A DNA stretch of 64,000 nt, taken from contig UQZU01000009.1 in NCBI GenBank assembly GCA_900545665.1, positions 1,476 to 65,475 of the forward strand, given 5' to 3'. Source of the DNA: an uncultured Collinsella sp. (GTDB taxonomy: Bacteria > Actinomycetota > Coriobacteriia > Coriobacteriales > Coriobacteriaceae). The stretch's first letter is position 1. The number at the start of each line of letters is the position of its first letter. This document shows, piece by piece, positions 1-8,082 of the stretch. The notes beneath the pieces are model-generated. The model worked only from the letters and a program-made list of their open reading frames with translations, was not told where the DNA came from and made no database searches. A program made the position numbers and the translations under genes.

Positions 1-1
1 G

Positions 2-1765
2 CATGGCGAGTACGAAGCCTTTATGCACATCCTCAACAACTGCTCGGGCGTCGTGCGCGAGCATGTCGACGAGATTTTTGGCGACACGCTCACCTTTGAC
101 GAAAAGGGCGAGCTGTGCACGCTCATCTACTACCCGCACGAGAAGATCGAGCTGGTCCGCAGCCAGCGCGAGGACTCGCCCACCTGGTACAAGACGATGC
201 TTGACCAGCTCATCATGGTCGCTCGTTCGCTTTCAAGCCGCTACACGCGCTCCAAGGTGCGTAAGGCCATACCGCGCGATTACGCCTATATCATCGACGA
301 GTTGTTGCACACGCACCCGGACGAGAACAACTATCGCGTGCGCTATCACGAGCGCATCGTGGAGTCCATCCTGGAGACCGCCAGCGCCGACGACTTTATC
401 GAGTCACTCGCCTCGCTCATCAAGCGCTTGGCCGTCGACCACCTGCACCTGGTGGGCGACATCTTCGACCGCGGCGGCGGTGCGGCCAAGATTATGGACC
501 GTCTGCTCACCTACCATTCACTCGACATCCAGTGGGGCAACCACGACCTGCTGTGGATGGGCGCTGCGGCCGGTGAGCCCGCCTGCATCGCCACGGTGTT
601 GCGCAACAACCTACGCTACGACAACTACGAGATCCTGGAGAACGACTACGGCATCTCGCTGCGTGAGCTTGTCGCCTTTGCCGATGCCACCTACACCGCC
701 GGTGAGTCCATCACCCCGCTGATCAAGGCCATCAACGTGCTGCTCTTTAAGCTCGAGGGTCAGATTATCCAGCGCCACCCCGAGTTCGATATGACCGACC
801 GCCTGTTACTCGACAAGATCGAGCACGACACCGGCACGGTCACGCTCGCCGACGGCAGCGTATGGCCGCTCACGACCAACGACTTCCCCACCGTCGATCC
901 GGCGGACCCCTATACGCTCACGTCTCAGGAGCAGCACATCATCGACAAGCTCGTGTCCGAGTTTGTCACCGCCGATCACCTGCATCGCCATATCGATTTC
1001 CTCTATTCCCACGGCTCGATGTACAAGGTCGCCAACGGCAACCTGCTCTTCCATGGCTGCGTTCCGCTCAACGAAGACGGCACCTTTAGCAGCATGAACT
1101 GCCTGGGCACCTGGCACGCCGGCCGCGATTATCTCGATTTTTGCGACCACATCGCCCGCCGCGCGTGGCGCGTGGGCGACCGCGATGCCCTCGACTGGAT
1201 GTGGTACCTGTGGATTGGCTTCAATTCACCCGCCAGCGGACGCCTGGTGCGTACCTTTGAGCGCGCCTATATCGCCGATAAGAGCACCTGGGTCGAGCCG
1301 ATGGACCCGTACTTTACGCTTACCAAGTCGCCCTCGGTCTGCGACGACATCATGCGCGAGTTTGGCGTCGCGCCCATGGCATGTTCGCCGACCGGCCACA
1401 TCATCAACGGCCACACGCCCGTTAAAACCACCAAGGGCGAGCAGCCCATCCGCGCCAACGGCAAGCTGCTGGTCATCGATGGCGGCTTCTGCCGCGCTTA
1501 CCATCCCAAGACGGGTATCGCCGGCTATACGCTTATCTCGAGCTCGCGCGGCTGCCGCCTCAAGTCGCACCGGGCCTTTACGACGGTTGCCGAGGCACTC
1601 ACGCGCAACGTGGACATCGAGAGCGAGACCAACCGTTTTGACCAAGCGGACCGTCGCCGCATGGTGAGCGACACCGATACTGGCGCCAAAATTCGCAGCC
1701 AGATCCAGGACCTGCGCCAGCTGCTCGATGCATATAGAAACGGTGCTATCGAAGAGCGCGTCTAG
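2..1765 (+). CDS. fbp: Fructose-1,6-bisphosphatase class 3 (5' end cut by window edge)
   Basis: The frame is open from the window edge (HGEYEAF precedes the first Met at 23). Metallophosphoesterase motifs HLVGDIFDRGG and GNHDLLWMG are present, and the overall sequence is typical of Firmicutes-type FBPase III. Stop at 1763-1765. Confidence 0.9.
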   Translation, partial: HGEYEAFMHILNNCSGVVREHVDEIFGDTLTFDEKGELCTLIYYPHEKIELVRSQREDSPTWYKTMLDQLIMVARSLSSRYTRSKVRKAIPRDYAYIIDELLHTHPDENNYRVRYHERIVESILETASADDFIESLASLIKRLAVDHLHLVGDIFDRGGGAAKIMDRLLTYHSLDIQWGNHDLLWMGAAAGEPACIATVLRNNLRYDNYEILENDYGISLRELVAFADATYTAGESITPLIKAINVLLFKLEGQIIQRHPEFDMTDRLLLDKIEHDTGTVTLADGSVWPLTTNDFPTVDPADPYTLTSQEQHIIDKLVSEFVTADHLHRHIDFLYSHGSMYKVANGNLLFHGCVPLNEDGTFSSMNCLGTWHAGRDYLDFCDHIARRAWRVGDRDALDWMWYLWIGFNSPASGRLVRTFERAYIADKSTWVEPMDPYFTLTKSPSVCDDIMREFGVAPMACSPTGHIINGHTPVKTTKGEQPIRANGKLLVIDGGFCRAYHPKTGIAGYTLISSSRGCRLKSHRAFTTVAEALTRNVDIESETNRFDQADRRRMVSDTDTGAKIRSQIQDLRQLLDAYRNGAIEERV

Positions 1766-1843
1766 CCCCACCCGCGGGGATTGGCTAAACTTGCTGAGTT
1801 TGTCATCCCCATGGCGTCCCCGCGCCACCCTAAGGCAGGTACC

Positions 1844-2239
1844 ATGCAAAAGCTCCTTGCGCAGATCATGAAATTTGGCGTCGTCGGTGTCATTGCCACG
1901 GTTATCGACTTTGGCATTATGAATCTGCTCCACTACGGTCTGGGCCTCAACATCCTAATCGCCAACACCAGCGGCTTTATCATCTCACTCATCTTTAACT
2001 ACCTCGCAAGCATGAAGTACGTGTTTGCGCACAAGGAAGGCATGAGCCGCCGCCGCGAGTTCATCATCTTTGTCGTGCTGTCCGTGATCGGTTTGGTGCT
2101 CAACGACGGCATCGTGCTGGCGCTCAACGCCGGCCTGGGACTCGAGGCCAATATCGCCAAGATCTGCGCCACCGCGCTTGTCATGGTCTACAACTTTGTG
2201 ACCCGAAAAATCTTCCTGGAGGGCGACGAGACAAAATAG
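1844..2239 (+). CDS. GtrA family membrane protein
   Basis: ATG at 1844 is preceded by AAGG; the track start at 1781 is a TTG over-extension. Small polytopic protein with GtrA-like segments KFGVVGVIATVIDFG, MKYVFAHKEGMSRRREF and YNFVTRKIFL. Confidence 0.8.
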   Translation: MQKLLAQIMKFGVVGVIATVIDFGIMNLLHYGLGLNILIANTSGFIISLIFNYLASMKYVFAHKEGMSRRREFIIFVVLSVIGLVLNDGIVLALNAGLGLEANIAKICATALVMVYNFVTRKIFLEGDETK

Positions 2240-2260
2240 CTCGAAACCCCTGCAGCATTA

Positions 2261-2310
2261 CGACACCCACGGACGACGCGCACTCAGCGCAGTATCGTCC
2301 GTGGGTGTCG
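2261..2310 (+). terminator. Long GC hairpin downstream of the first GtrA gene
   Basis: Perfect 16-bp stem CGACACCCACGGACGA / TCGTCCGTGGGTGTCG with an 18-nt loop. The following T-tract is weak (ctcgttt). Confidence 0.5.
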
Positions 2311-2458
2311 CTCGTTTACGGGCAAATTTTCAACGTTTGCGGATTAGCTCTTGAAAATTTGGCGAGTTCATATAGTTCTTGGCAAAGACCTTACGTTTCC
2401 CTTGTAAAAGCTCTAAAGTATCCTCTGCTCGATTCATCAACGCATTGGATGTGATTAC

Positions 2459-2866
2459 GTGCGCAAGGCGCTGGCACAACCTCATACCAAGCAGTTCCTC
2501 AAGTTTGCTGTCGTGGGTCTTATCTCCTTTGGCATCGACTGGGGCATGCTCATTGCGCTCGTCGAGCTGTTCCACCTCGACTTTTTGATGAGCACCACGG
2601 TTTCGTTTATCACGTCCGTCGTGGTCAACTACTGGCTCAGCATGAAGTACGTGTTCGACCACCGCGAAGGCATGAGCCGCAAGCGCGAGTTCACGATCTT
2701 CACCATCCTGTCGGTGATCGGCCTGGGCCTCAACGACCTGTACATGTTTGTGGGCGTCACGTTTTTGAGCATCGGCTACCAGGCCATGAAGGCCATCGCC
2801 ACGTTCCTCGTCACCTGGTACAACTACTTCAGCCGCCGCTTCTTCCTCGAGGGCGCACGGTCGTAG
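2459..2866 (+). CDS. GtrA family membrane protein (tandem paralog)
   Basis: GTG start. Sequence parallels the upstream paralog (FLKFAVVGLISFGIDWG, MKYVFDHREGMSRKREF, WYNYFSRRFFL). Confidence 0.8.
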   Translation: MRKALAQPHTKQFLKFAVVGLISFGIDWGMLIALVELFHLDFLMSTTVSFITSVVVNYWLSMKYVFDHREGMSRKREFTIFTILSVIGLGLNDLYMFVGVTFLSIGYQAMKAIATFLVTWYNYFSRRFFLEGARS

Positions 2867-2892
2867 TCGATTCACTATTTGCTTGAATGTAT

Positions 2893-2928
2893 AACCGGTT
2901 GGAATTCCCGTTCCAACCGGTTTTTTGT
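2893..2928 (+). terminator. Intrinsic terminator of the GtrA genes
   Basis: AACCGGTTGGAA-ttcccg-TTCCAACCGGTT followed by TTTTTG. Confidence 0.8.
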
Positions 2929-2964
2929 TTGCCGAGAGACCCGGCGACCCAGTCCCATTCGCAT

Positions 2965-3003
2965 GAAAAACGGGCGGTCCGGATGTTGGTCCGAACCGCC
3001 CGT
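2965..3003 (-). terminator. Intrinsic terminator ending the DUF4430 two-gene unit
   Basis: The minus strand reads ACGGGCGGTTCGGA-ccaaca-TCCGGACCGCCCGT followed by TTTTTC, about 20 nt after the stop at 3026. Confidence 0.75.
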
Positions 3004-3025
3004 CTGGCGCGCTATGTCGAGGCCT

Positions 3026-3937
3026 CTAGCCCGTTACGTAATACCAAACGACGTTGTCACCATTGGAGAGAACGTAGTTACTGCAGGCCGTCATGGGCGT
3101 TGTGCCGTTGACGGAGTACATCCAGCCGCTCGTGCCGCCGTACTGTTTCTCGGCCAAACCACCAATCGCAGAAACATACGTGCCGTACGATGAGCCGTGT
3201 GCGTTGACAGAAAGGCCCAGCGCGCACAGGGCATCGTAAACGGTGGCGCCTTCGTTAAAGGTAAAGGTGCCGCCAGAGGACACGGGATTGCCCACAGCGC
3301 TCGATGTGACCGAAACCGTCACCGTAACGTAGTTGGACTCCTGTGAGCCGCTTTGGCTGCCCGAGGAGGCGTTTCCACCATTAGGGGATGAGGCTCCATC
3401 AGACGACTGGCCACCGCCCGAAGAAGCACCGCCAGACGCATTGGAAGTATCACCGGCTCCCGTATTTTGGGCAGCGGATTTATCGCCAGACCTCTTGCTG
3501 TCCTGGCCATCGGACTTCTTGCTATCCGAGCTTTTGTCCGATTCCTTGTGCGAAGACTCGGAATCATCCTTGGCGTCGTTCGAGCCCTTGGACTCATCTT
3601 TTGCAGCATCCGAAGATTTGGAATCCTTGGAACTGGCCTCGCCCGAAGCGGTAGACGAGCCAGACCCCTTGGTGTCCTTGGCGACGACGCTCTCCCCCGT
3701 CACGGTCTGAACGATCCAGTCAATGGACCAGGCGCCGCTCTCGGAAGGATGGACGAAGCCCAGCGAGACGACGATCAGAATGGTGCACGCGGCAGCAAGA
3801 ACGCCAAGGAGCGCCTTGCGACGAGATGCGGACGCCGCCGAAGCGGCGCCCTGTTGCTTTGCATCGTCGAACTGAATGAACGAGGAATCTGGTTGCTTGG
3901 GGTCAGCGTCCTTGGATTTATTGGACACAACCCTCAC
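3026..3937 (-). CDS. N-terminally membrane-anchored DUF4430 (transcobalamin-like beta domain) protein
   Basis: Signal-anchor helix LLGVLAAACTILIVVSLGFV, a long S/D/K/G-rich low-complexity spacer, and a C-terminal DUF4430-like module (TFTFNEGATVYDAL...GGTSGWMYSVNGT...LSNGDNVVWYYV). The GTG start directly abuts the TAG of the upstream gene. Confidence 0.8.
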   Translation of the reverse strand: MRVVSNKSKDADPKQPDSSFIQFDDAKQQGAASAASASRRKALLGVLAAACTILIVVSLGFVHPSESGAWSIDWIVQTVTGESVVAKDTKGSGSSTASGEASSKDSKSSDAAKDESKGSNDAKDDSESSHKESDKSSDSKKSDGQDSKRSGDKSAAQNTGAGDTSNASGGASSGGGQSSDGASSPNGGNASSGSQSGSQESNYVTVTVSVTSSAVGNPVSSGGTFTFNEGATVYDALCALGLSVNAHGSSYGTYVSAIGGLAEKQYGGTSGWMYSVNGTTPMTACSNYVLSNGDNVVWYYVTG

Positions 3938-6900
3938 CTACCGACGTTTGGTGAACACGAACACGCCGACGATGGCGAGACCGATGACGCCGGCGGCAAC
4001 GCCAACAATGGCGAGCGGGTTGGTGCCAGTCTCCTGCTCGGAAGCACTGGAGGACTTCTTAGCAGTGGTCGTGGAAGCAGCACCCGTATCGGACTTCTTG
4101 TCGGACTTGTTGTCCTTCTTGTCAGACTTCTTCTCATCCTTCTTGTCGGACTTGTTTTCCTTGGTCTCGGCCTTGGTCGACACCGTCGTCTTGGTCGTCG
4201 GCTTATGACCCGGGGCGACAGCGCCGCCCTTCGAGCCGGAGCCGGAACCCGTGCCAGTGCCAGCGCCAGTGCCGGAACCAGTACCGGTACCAGAACCGCC
4301 GCCGCCATTCGAACCTGCGCCGCCATTACCGCCAGGGTTAACGGCATTCTTGGTCCACTTGGCATACAGCGTCAGATCGGCCGTCACCGGCGTGGCGAAG
4401 TCATACGCCCGCGTGCAGGCTTCATCGGTATACCAACCGCCGAAAGTGTAGCCATCGCGCGTCGGATCGGCCGGCTTGACCAGCTTGCCATCGGCCGTGG
4501 CAACAAACTTAGTGTCGCAAGCAGACCCGCCGTTGGAATTAAAGGCAACCGTCCAAGACTCAACGGCCCCAAGCTTGAACAGCGTGCCCGAGTCATTGAT
4601 GTAGTACAGGTTGCCAGATGCATCGGCAATGACCGGAGAGTCACAGTACTGGTAATGGCCAGCCGCATCATAAATCTGCGTCGCCTCTGCATCGCCGAGC
4701 GTATAGCGATACACCCCACCACCAGCAGAGTAGCTGACGTAGTCCTTGCTATCCGCGCTATTAACGGTGAAGTACACATAGGTCTTGCCGCCCTGAACAC
4801 TCACCAGCGGAGTAGCAGCAATACCGTTAAATCCGGCCGGTAGCTCTTTACCGTCAGCAGCGGTGACCATCGTGGTCTTACCAGTCTTCAGATTATAGAG
4901 AACCAGAGCAGATCCAGTAGCCGTCTGCCCACCGACAATCAAGTTGTCGCCAGACATCGCCGGGGCGCTCATGTTGTTCGTAAGACCCAGGTCGACCGTC
5001 TTCTGCTCGCTCAGCACGCCCTTCGCCGAAAGCGAAATCACATGGAGCTTTCCGTCGTGCGTCATCTGATAGAAGGTCGAGCCATTGGACGGATCGGCGA
5101 CGCAGTCAGCGTTCGCAAGGGTGCCGAGCTTCATGGTCGAAACGACATCGCCCGTTGCCTTATCAATGCACTTAAGCGTACCTGCGCTCGTGGGGACGAT
5201 GGCGTACTTATCCGTCAGGGCAGCGCCAGTCCAATAATAGCCCTCAGCTGCGTCGATGTTCTGCCAAGAGACTTCGCCTGTGGTGATCTTGATGCGCGTA
5301 AAGGAACCGTTGACGTATTTCTTCCCATCAGCCGTACCTACATAGACGTACTCGCCGTCCGAAACGACGGTGCAGGAGCTCTGCGTCAAGTCCGTCAAAC
5401 CAGGCGTCAGCCACTTGCAGATCAGCTTGTCTGCAGTAATCGCCTGGACCGCACCGCCGTTGAGCGGAACGATGATAAGGCCGTTGGTATAGATCGGACG
5501 GGAGGTATAGCTCACCTTGGAGGCAAGCGGCGCAGAGGCAACCTTTTTGCCCGTGGACGAATCGATCTTAATGAGCTCGTTCTCGGTCGCGATGTACACA
5601 AAGCCGTTGGCGATGACAGGTTCGCTGCAGTTGGCATACTGCTGACCAGACTCGGCCTTCCAATCGAAGGCCCACTTAAGACCGGAAGCCTGCGCAGGCG
5701 TCTTGGCATCCGTTACGGTCGAACCGTTGCCACTGTTGCCGTAGCCGGCCCACTCGGCATCCCAATCAGGAGTCGTCGCGCTCGGATCCACGACAATCTT
5801 GTCGGGATCGGGCATGGGCGAATTATCGGTGGTATAGGCAAGCGTGACCTTATCGCCGCTCTTGAGCGTAATCTGATTGGCGCAGAGTAAGGAGGGCTCT
5901 CCGTTGATATACAGATGCCAATATTTATTGGTCGCAGCATCCCAACCATACGGCTTGTGATCGAACGGCGAAGTAATGGAATTCAGGAACCAGTACTCAC
6001 CACTCTGGGAGCCGTTGTACGCAACGCCCTTGGCCTTCAGAACTGCCTCAATAAGGTTCTGGGCCGTGGAGCCTTCGGGCAGAGAAACATTGCTTGCCGT
6101 GCCCCAACGCGTATTGTTCCCGTTGACATCGGGACCGATAACATCGGCGGATCCAAGCACCTGACCGGGGAGGACATCGGCGTCAGCACCATACATAAAG
6201 GTGACGGCGTCACCCTCCTGGAGCTTGTAGGCACCGGCGCCAACGTCGGCGAACTTGCCATTTACGTAGAAGCGCCAATAGCTCTTGGTCGCAGCATCCC
6301 AGCCATAGGACTTACCATCAAACGGCGAAGTAATGCCGTTGAGGAACCAGCCCCAAGACGATTCGCCAGCATCGAGAGTAAGGCCGGTCTGCTCAAGGAG
6401 ATCCTTGGCAGTAGAGCCTGCCTTGAGACTCGTCTGGCCCGTCGAAGCCCAAATCTGCTGCTTGCCGTCCTTGTCCTTACCAAGCACCTGAACGGAAGCA
6501 TGAACGGAATCAGAGGGCAGCTGGTCGCCCCAGCCACCGTAGAACCACGTGACGGTATCGCCAACATGGATGGTGACATTGTCCGCCGTATAGTCACTCG
6601 ACTTGCCGTTGATGAACAGCTGCCAATAGGTCGAATAATCTTGGGGCGTACCCAGTTCAACACCGTTGTACTTAAGGCTCAGAATGAAGGAGCCCGCAGC
6701 AACGGCGTCGATGCCATTCGCCTCAAGCGCGACCTTCGTAAGGTCAAGTGCGCTCGAGCCGGACGTCACCACATACTGCGCGTTATCGACCCAGGTCTGA
6801 GTCTTGCCCTGGGCATCGCGACCAATGACGGTCACATTTGCGGCAACCTGGTCCTTAACGACAGGGGACGAGCTACCAGCCGTATAGGCAAACTCAATCT

Positions 6901-7651
6901 TCTGCCCCCGGGTGAGCTTGACGCTGCTCGCGCCAACCGAGGAAGACGCGCCGTCGACGAACAGCTGCCAGTAGGCATAGGTCGTCGGATCGTAGGCAAG
7001 CGTGCGGCCATCGCTCGGGGATGTGATGCTTTCGAGGTAGAAACCGTATGCCGTGTTCGGATCGTACTTCGCCTTGAAGCCCGTCTTCTCCTGCAGCTTA
7101 ATGAAGGCATCCGCAGCCGTCGCGCCCTCGTCGAGCTTGAGCTGCGTAGGTGCCACCCAGGTCTGAGCCCTGCCGTCAGCATCGGTGCCGATAATCGAGA
7201 ACGAGACCTCGACCTGCTTCTTGGCAACATCGCCGGTTTCTGTCGGGTTCTCTGTCTGAACGGCAGCCGCGGCGGCAGATCCCACTTGGCCAGCGGATGC
7301 CGTCGAAGACTGCTCGCTCGTGGCAGGGCTCTCCCCCGTCGCCGAGCCTTCGTCGCCAGTTGCTGCCTCTGTTGTGGCTGCACTAGCTGCAGGCGCGCCC
7401 TCGGAATCCGAAACCTCGGCGCCGCTCTGCTCAGCGGTACCGCCCGCAAGCGCTGCGTCCTCGCCCGGCGTCGCAGTCTGAGCCACAGCCTCGGCAATGC
7501 CCTCGGCGCCCTCGGCCCACAGCTGAGCCGGTGTGGTGCCAAAGGCCATCGCGAAGGCCAGGAATGCCACCAGGCCGCGCTTGGCTACGCCGCGCGCAAT
7601 TGCGCCACGGCGATGCGAGACGCGCTGGCGCTCGTCCTCAAACATATCCAT
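3938..7651 (-). CDS. Giant tail-anchored surface protein: signal peptide, 4x DUF4430 repeats, PQQ/BamB-like beta-propeller, Flg_new (Listeria-Bacteroides) repeat, K/D/S-rich spacer, C-terminal TM
   Basis: Start reassigned to ATG 7651, with AGGAGA 4 nt upstream; the track start at 7795 is a TTG inside the riboswitch leader. N-terminus RGLVAFLAFAMAFGTTPAQLWA is signal-like. Four ~112-aa repeats end YWQLFVDG..KIEFAY, YWQLFING..TVTWFY, YWRFYVNG..AVTFMY and YWHLYING..KVTLAY. Repeated propeller blades include GFVYIATENELIKID and DGEYVYVGTADG. A DGYTFGGWYTDEACT..LTLYAKW repeat follows. C-terminus is IVGVAAGVIGLAIVGVFVFTKRR. Confidence 0.85.
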   Translation of the reverse strand: MDMFEDERQRVSHRRGAIARGVAKRGLVAFLAFAMAFGTTPAQLWAEGAEGIAEAVAQTATPGEDAALAGGTAEQSGAEVSDSEGAPAASAATTEAATGDEGSATGESPATSEQSSTASAGQVGSAAAAAVQTENPTETGDVAKKQVEVSFSIIGTDADGRAQTWVAPTQLKLDEGATAADAFIKLQEKTGFKAKYDPNTAYGFYLESITSPSDGRTLAYDPTTYAYWQLFVDGASSSVGASSVKLTRGQKIEFAYTAGSSSPVVKDQVAANVTVIGRDAQGKTQTWVDNAQYVVTSGSSALDLTKVALEANGIDAVAAGSFILSLKYNGVELGTPQDYSTYWQLFINGKSSDYTADNVTIHVGDTVTWFYGGWGDQLPSDSVHASVQVLGKDKDGKQQIWASTGQTSLKAGSTAKDLLEQTGLTLDAGESSWGWFLNGITSPFDGKSYGWDAATKSYWRFYVNGKFADVGAGAYKLQEGDAVTFMYGADADVLPGQVLGSADVIGPDVNGNNTRWGTASNVSLPEGSTAQNLIEAVLKAKGVAYNGSQSGEYWFLNSITSPFDHKPYGWDAATNKYWHLYINGEPSLLCANQITLKSGDKVTLAYTTDNSPMPDPDKIVVDPSATTPDWDAEWAGYGNSGNGSTVTDAKTPAQASGLKWAFDWKAESGQQYANCSEPVIANGFVYIATENELIKIDSSTGKKVASAPLASKVSYTSRPIYTNGLIIVPLNGGAVQAITADKLICKWLTPGLTDLTQSSCTVVSDGEYVYVGTADGKKYVNGSFTRIKITTGEVSWQNIDAAEGYYWTGAALTDKYAIVPTSAGTLKCIDKATGDVVSTMKLGTLANADCVADPSNGSTFYQMTHDGKLHVISLSAKGVLSEQKTVDLGLTNNMSAPAMSGDNLIVGGQTATGSALVLYNLKTGKTTMVTAADGKELPAGFNGIAATPLVSVQGGKTYVYFTVNSADSKDYVSYSAGGGVYRYTLGDAEATQIYDAAGHYQYCDSPVIADASGNLYYINDSGTLFKLGAVESWTVAFNSNGGSACDTKFVATADGKLVKPADPTRDGYTFGGWYTDEACTRAYDFATPVTADLTLYAKWTKNAVNPGGNGGAGSNGGGGSGTGTGSGTGAGTGTGSGSGSKGGAVAPGHKPTTKTTVSTKAETKENKSDKKDEKKSDKKDNKSDKKSDTGAASTTTAKKSSSASEQETGTNPLAIVGVAAGVIGLAIVGVFVFTKRR

Positions 7652-7794
7652 TTGTCTCCTACTGTCTGCACTTGGAGCGTTGCCTTGAGACTGCCCCACG
7701 TCATCGCGCATGTTGCGCTCGAGTTCCCCCATCGGGGTCCCCCTTCCCTCCAGAGCCCTATGCACACCGGCGGCAAAAGCCGCAGCCGCATGCA

Positions 7795-7968
7795 AGACGG
7801 GAGGCGATCCGACTTAACCTTAACGACTCGGGCACGTCGTCCGATCTGCGACGCGAGCATCCCGAGCCAAGAGGAATTACGGTTACTGGTACAGCTGGGG
7901 ACTTGCACCCCGATTCTCCCAAATGCGCAGGATAACCGCGCATTCGTGCGTCTCCGCACCACCATCTA
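7795..7968 (-). promoter_or_regulatory. Cobalamin (B12) riboswitch-like leader
   Basis: The minus strand reads GGTGGTGCGGAGACGCACG, then hairpin AATGCGC-ggttatcct-GCGCATT, then TGGGAGAATCGGGGTGCAAGTCCCCAGCTGTACCAGTAACCGTAA. This matches the conserved GGGA..GGTGCAAGTCC..GCTGT.CC..AC.GTAA core. It is followed by stem CTCGGG...CCCGAG with a nested CGTCG/CGACG hairpin and a B12-box-like AAGTCGGATCGCCTCCC. A separate terminator (8003-8031) lies upstream. Confidence 0.75.
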
Positions 7969-8002
7969 GGCCATCGATTATTACCGTCAAAATGGTATCA
8001 CG

Positions 8003-8031
8003 CAAAAGGGCCTCGCACGCAGGCGAAGCCC
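8003..8031 (-). terminator. Intrinsic terminator of the ABC1-kinase operon
   Basis: The minus strand reads GGGCTTCGCCTGCGTGCGAGGCCC followed by TTTTGCG, about 50 nt after the stop at 8083. Confidence 0.7.
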
Positions 8032-8082
8032 AAGGTAAAAGCTATTGTTTGCGATAGGAAAATGCGGTGACGGCCGCAGCCT

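Noticed and set aside
3941-4060. Possible sortase (LPXTG) signal at the C-terminus of the giant protein
   Set aside because: The only candidate, QETGTNP, lacks the L-P/A-x-T-G pattern seen in the PI-PLC protein (LADTG). I interpret the C-terminus as a plain TM tail anchor.
7652-7795. N-terminal 48-codon extension of the giant surface protein (track start 7795)
   Set aside because: The start is a TTG with no RBS. The extension reads through the riboswitch leader and has no signal-peptide character. ATG 7651 has AGGAGA at the correct spacing.
3467-7969. Plus-strand ORFs 3467-4843 (458 aa) and 5915-7969 (684 aa)
   Set aside because: They are antisense to the DUF4430/propeller genes and run across the riboswitch. 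Composition is arginine- and glycine-rich and no motifs are present.
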